Source: Octopus bimaculoides
Lineage: Eukaryota
Length of the DNA stretch: 64,000 nt
NCBI RefSeq assembly: GCF_001194135.2
Contig: NC_068987.1
Span: 10,419,496-10,483,495, forward strand
Reading direction: 5' to 3'
Shown here: positions 59,363 to 64,000 of the stretch, piece after piece
Numbering within the stretch: the first letter of the stretch is position 1
How the letters are laid out: every line of letters begins with the position of its first letter
Made by a program: the position numbers and the translations under genes
The notes under the pieces: model-generated
Databases searched by the model: none
Told to the model about the DNA's origin: nothing
The model's input: the letters and a program-made list of their open reading frames with translations, nothing else

Positions 59363-61453
59363 CTCACTGGAATATATTATATCAGCATTATCACTGACAG
59401 AAAATAGATCCTATCAAAGCCTGGCTAACATTTTTCTTTTCTTGTTTTTTCTATTCTAAATAATCCTTCATGAAATCTAATGAGAATTTATTAAGATTTG
59501 AATGACCTTTCAAACCTAATGGGAATTCATCGATAGGCTAATAGCATTCAAAGAAGGCAAATTTGAGATGTGAAAAAACAATTATGAAATCCAAGACACT
59601 CTTGGTGAAACCTGTAGAAAGTTAATTTAAACCCAATGAGACTTAACATCTCGGTAATATTCATTGAAACTTAACTTCATTAATATGTAATTAAACTCCA
59701 ACAAAATATCATAACTGAAGTATACAGAGTCGCAGTTAAGTGTGAAATTTATATTTCTAGAACATTTGTTGAATAATTTATCTAAACATCGTTATGATCT
59801 GAACAAACGTTTATTAAAGTTGACTGAGATCTATAAGCAATATCTTTCACAAAAGATATATGGAAATTTCTATTAACGTTTACTGTACTGTTTGTTAAGT
59901 TTTGATTCATATTTCTATGAGGTCTGGCTTAAATTTTATTGAGATTTCGAGTAAACTTTGTTGAATTCTTGATAAATTTCAGTGAAATCTATCCAAGCTT
60001 TATTGTAATTCACTTCAATGCTGTTGTCCATTTTGGAACTTTAAAATCTGATGAAGAATTTGAGCTAATTAGAGGTTGAAAAAAAAAACAGATGACAAGT
60101 AAAACAACAATATCCCCCCCCCACACACACACACACAGAAAACCCCAAACATATTGGCTTATTACTCAAGTCTGTCTTTCTGTAGGTGTTCAATGAAACA
60201 TGAAACAGAAGTAGTTTCCTTTTTGGCTTTGCCATCGACTCCATTAGATGAATTTGAAATGCCATCACTGTTGTCAATGTCCTCCTCNNNNNNNNNNNNN
60301 NNNNNNNNNNNNNNNNNNNNNNNNNNNNNNNNNNNNNNNNNNNNNNNNNNNNNNNNNNNNNNNNNNNNNNNNNGTAACTTTCTTTTAAAATTTTTTCTGA
60401 AAATAGTGAAATAACTCCTATGATTCAGCTTGGAAAACTACATTAATGTACCAAATCTTAAAATTTTCAATAAACTTTGAATTTTCAAAAATTGGCAACC
60501 AAACGGAAAAGATCCTTGTTTTGAATTAATAATATATTATCTGGTAGCATCAAAATTTTGATGATGTGATTATATGCTATTAGAATGACATTGTAGAGTA
60601 GGTGTGAGAGACCAAATCTGGTTGGTTTGAGTATAATACAGGCAGAATATTTAGACTGGATATGGCCAGTTTAAAATATTAAAGGGTTAAAATTAACAAA
60701 TGATTGTCACTTGTTTAGTTGCCTCAGTGTTTACTGATGTGAACTGAATATTTGTTTAGGAATCGGTAAGAGTAGGTCAGTGTTTGCCAGGGGGCGGGGA
60801 CATATCACATTATTGATGATAAGATAAGATAGATACAAAACTTTTGAAATTTCAGCTGGAAAACTGGCAGAAAAAACTATTTGGATATCTGTGACATTTT
60901 ATAAGCATAACAGCATTGAATGAAATCAAAATAAACTGCTGTGTATGGTCAACTGGTTCAAAAAACTATGAAATAGAAGAAAGGGTCCCTTCTCAGTAGA
61001 TAAACAAGGAAGCTGTAACTTGTAGACACATTAACACAGTTTAAGGTGTTAGTATGATTGTTAATGTTCCAGTTAAAATAAAGAAATACTCTTCAGTGCC
61101 ATGGTAAAAGAAAGAGAGGGTGAGAAACAAGGGCTGATTGTAAGATACTAAAGAAATGTGAATAAATGTGAATTTATGTTGAAGACATAAATTCTATACC
61201 TTGATTTAATCAATAGTAGAAGAGTCTAAGAATAAAAACATAAAGTAATAAAACTGTAGGAAGAAGCTTATTTGCTACAGTGACATTTCCCAAATACATC
61301 CGACTGTGAAAACATCCTGTTTGTATCTTGTTTCTTTTATCTCTGTTACTTGTTGCAATCATTGGATTGCAGCCATGCTGGGGTACTACCTTGAAGGGTT
61401 GAGTTGCAAAGAAACAAATCGCCCCCAACCAGTAGTTATGTTTTTTCTTTTAA

Positions 61454-61675
61454 CCCTTTCAATACCAACCCAGCTGAAACCGTCTCTGGCTCTGTAGTAC
61501 AAATGTTTTGTTTTCATAAGTTTTGAATTAAAATCTTCCACCAGACCTTAGTCACAATTTATGTTCCTAACACTAGCTTAATGATAACTAAGTTATTTTA
61601 CTAAATTCTTTGTTATATCTAAAATCGGTTGAAAGAAACACAGATCGTCTCAAAAGAAATATGGTAACAAAAGGG
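61454..61675. mobile_element. piggyBac-like MITE (TTAA-flanked, CCCTTT...AAAGGG termini)
   Basis: TTAA|CCCTTTCAATACC ... GGTAACAAAAGGG|TTAA. Confidence 0.75.
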
Positions 61676-61706
61676 TTAAAATATATAAAAGAGAAACAAT
61701 TCTTAG

Positions 61707-61885
61707 CCCTTTCGATACCAACCCGGCTGAAACCGCTTCTGGCTTTGTAGTACAAATGTCTTGTTTTCATAAGTTTTGAATTAAAATCTTCCACCAACTA
61801 AGTTATTTTACTAAATTCTTTGTTATATCTAAAATCGGTTGAAAGAAACACAGATCGTCTCAAAAGAAATATGGTAACAAAAGGG
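61707..61885. mobile_element. Second, internally deleted copy of the same piggyBac-like MITE
   Basis: CCCTTTCGATACC...AAAGGG|TTAA; lacks about 43 bp of the middle. Confidence 0.65.
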
Positions 61886-61945
61886 TTAAAATNNNNNNNN
61901 NNNNNNNNNNNNNNNNNNNNNNNNNNNNNNNNNNNNNNNNNNNNN

Positions 61946-61978
<33 letters not shown>

Positions 61979-62294
61979 TAGATATTTATAACTAAATTGA
62001 CAAAAAACACAATATACAGATACTTATGACATACCATGTCATATTAACAATTTAAAGGACATTTAGCAATTGGAGAAGGGACAAAATCTTACAGCTGTTT
62101 CGGCCTAGCGTTGTCATGATCCATTCTATCTCTATATATGTATATGCACATATATACAAGCATACAGATACAATTTTCAAGAATGTGGAAATTTTTGGAA
62201 ACTTAGAATTTTGTAAATTCAGAAATCATGTACTGAGAATTAAATATGATGCCAGAATAATAGAGTTCATGACAAAGTCTAAACATATGGCTTT

Positions 62295-62395
62295 CACATG
62301 CTGGGGCTGTAGAAAAGACACTTACGATGTAGTGCAGTGGGACTGAACCTGGAAATATATTGCTGAGAAGCAAACTGCTTAACCATACAACCATT
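62295..62395 (-). mobile_element. Family A SINE head, diverged
   Basis: GAAAAGACACTT...GCAGTGGGACTGAACCTGG...CTTAACCATACAACCA. Confidence 0.55.
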
Positions 62396-62422
62396 ACTCT
62401 ATTATGTACATGTATACATGTA

Positions 62423-62480
<58 letters not shown>

Positions 62481-62555
62481 NNNNNNNNNNNNNNNNNNNN
62501 NNNNNNNNNNNNNNNNNNNNNNNNNNNNNNNNNNNNNNNNNNNNNNNNNNNNNNN

Positions 62556-62610
<55 letters not shown>

Positions 62611-63803
62611 TACACACACACATACACACACATGCACACATACACACACATGCACACATACATGCACAAACATGCATACATATATATATATTTGTATATA
62701 TCTAAGGATATATATATAAGTATATATATATATGTAGACTTACATATATATGCATATATATACTTATATATTTACACACACACACACACACATACATATG
62801 GACAAGTTGATATACATATATAGGAAATTTTTCAAGACTTCAGTACCACAATCACAGAAAATTCCTGAATTCCTATGAAGCAATGTTTTATGAAGCTGTT
62901 ATTTTAGTGGGTTGGCAGTGGTAGGGGTGGTGCCGGTGGTGGCGGTGGGAGGTAATGCTCTCAGCATTACCTCTCTCTCACCCCTCCCACCCACACCCTC
63001 TTCCAGTAGTTTCTTCACTCACTGATTGCAACTCCAAGGTTCATGGTTCATTTATTCATAGCCTTCACTAGCATAAATTGGCATTTTTCATAGCAGTTTT
63101 TCTGAGAGAAAATATCTAAGTTGAAGTTGTTGTTGTTGTTGTTGTTGTTATTGTTGGCGTTGTTGCTGTTGTTGTTGTTGTTGGTTGTTGTTTATTCAGA
63201 ATCGGTAGATATACAGTAATGGCTCTGGTGTGATGCAAAATAATGCAATATTCTGAATCTAATTTGATGAAAGATTCAGTGTCTGAACACTACTAAAAGA
63301 CAAAAAAAAAAAAGACAGAAAAGAAAAAAAGAAAAAAACAGAAAAGAAAAGATATAAAAACAAAAAAAAACACACAAAATAGAGGTGGACAGAAATAGAA
63401 AGATAATGCACATATATATNNNNNNNNNNNNNNNNNNNNNNNNNNNNNNNNNNNNNNNNNNNNNNNNNNNNNNNNNNNNNNNNNNNNNNNNNNNNNNNNN
63501 NNNNNNNNNNNNNNNNNNNNNNNNNNNNNNNNNNNNNNNNNNNNNNNNNNNNNNNNNNNNNNNNNNNNNNNNNNNNNNNNNNNNNNNNNNNNNNNNNNNN
63601 NNNNNNNNNNNNNNNNNNNNNNNNNNNNNNNNNNNNNNNNNNNNNNNNNNNNNNNNNNNNNNNNNNNNNNNNNNNNNNNNNNNNNNNNNNNNNNNNNNNN
63701 NNNNNNNNNNNNNNNNNNNNNNNNNNNNNNNNNNNNNAAGATGGAAAGATAGTTGGATATACAGACAGGCAGACAGATAGATAGATGGATACATGGATAG
63801 GTG

Positions 63804-63861
<58 letters not shown>

Positions 63862-64000
63862 CTGACAGATAGAAAGAAGGAGAGAGAGAATATGAGAGAG
63901 ACTGAGAGAGAAACTAACAAAAAACAAAACAGAAAGAAAGGAAGATAGAAAGGGAGGAATATGAAAGAAAAGAAAGAATATACGATAAAACTGCAAGAAT

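Overview
This is repeat-dominated animal genomic DNA from a gapped short-read assembly, with roughly 15% N across about 30 gaps. Most gaps sit inside microsatellites. The SINE, LINE and MITE families and the dense (TA)n/(TG)n/(ATC)n/(AAT)n tracts look like an octopus genome; this is my recognition, not a database result. I can support no intact protein-coding gene, tRNA, rRNA or CRISPR array, and nearly all long ORFs in the track are microsatellite or N-gap artefacts. The window holds at least seven tRNA-headed or retroposon-like short-element families (labelled A-H here). It also holds decayed LINE ends (R4/Dong-like, RTE-like, CR1/L2-like, Tx1-like), a Penelope-like (PLE) ORF remnant, Tc1/mariner remnants, and Tc1-, hAT- and piggyBac-like MITEs. 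The most interesting signal is family C: a tRNA-like Pol III head, an (AAT)n linker and a minimal type I hammerhead-ribozyme motif, preceded by a variable-length inverted copy of its own 3' end, which is a PLE integration signature. That suggests a ribozyme-bearing SINE mobilised by Penelope-like elements. No single copy here shows a complete intact core: one is cut by a gap and one has G12>A. Further hammerhead-like motifs lie at about 30.0-30.2 kb (a fold-back pair), 49.1 kb and 62.1 kb. Other notable structures are stacked Dong-like insertions in TAA tracts, a 5'-inverted RTE copy, domain shuffling among SINE families, and two weak candidate host exons.
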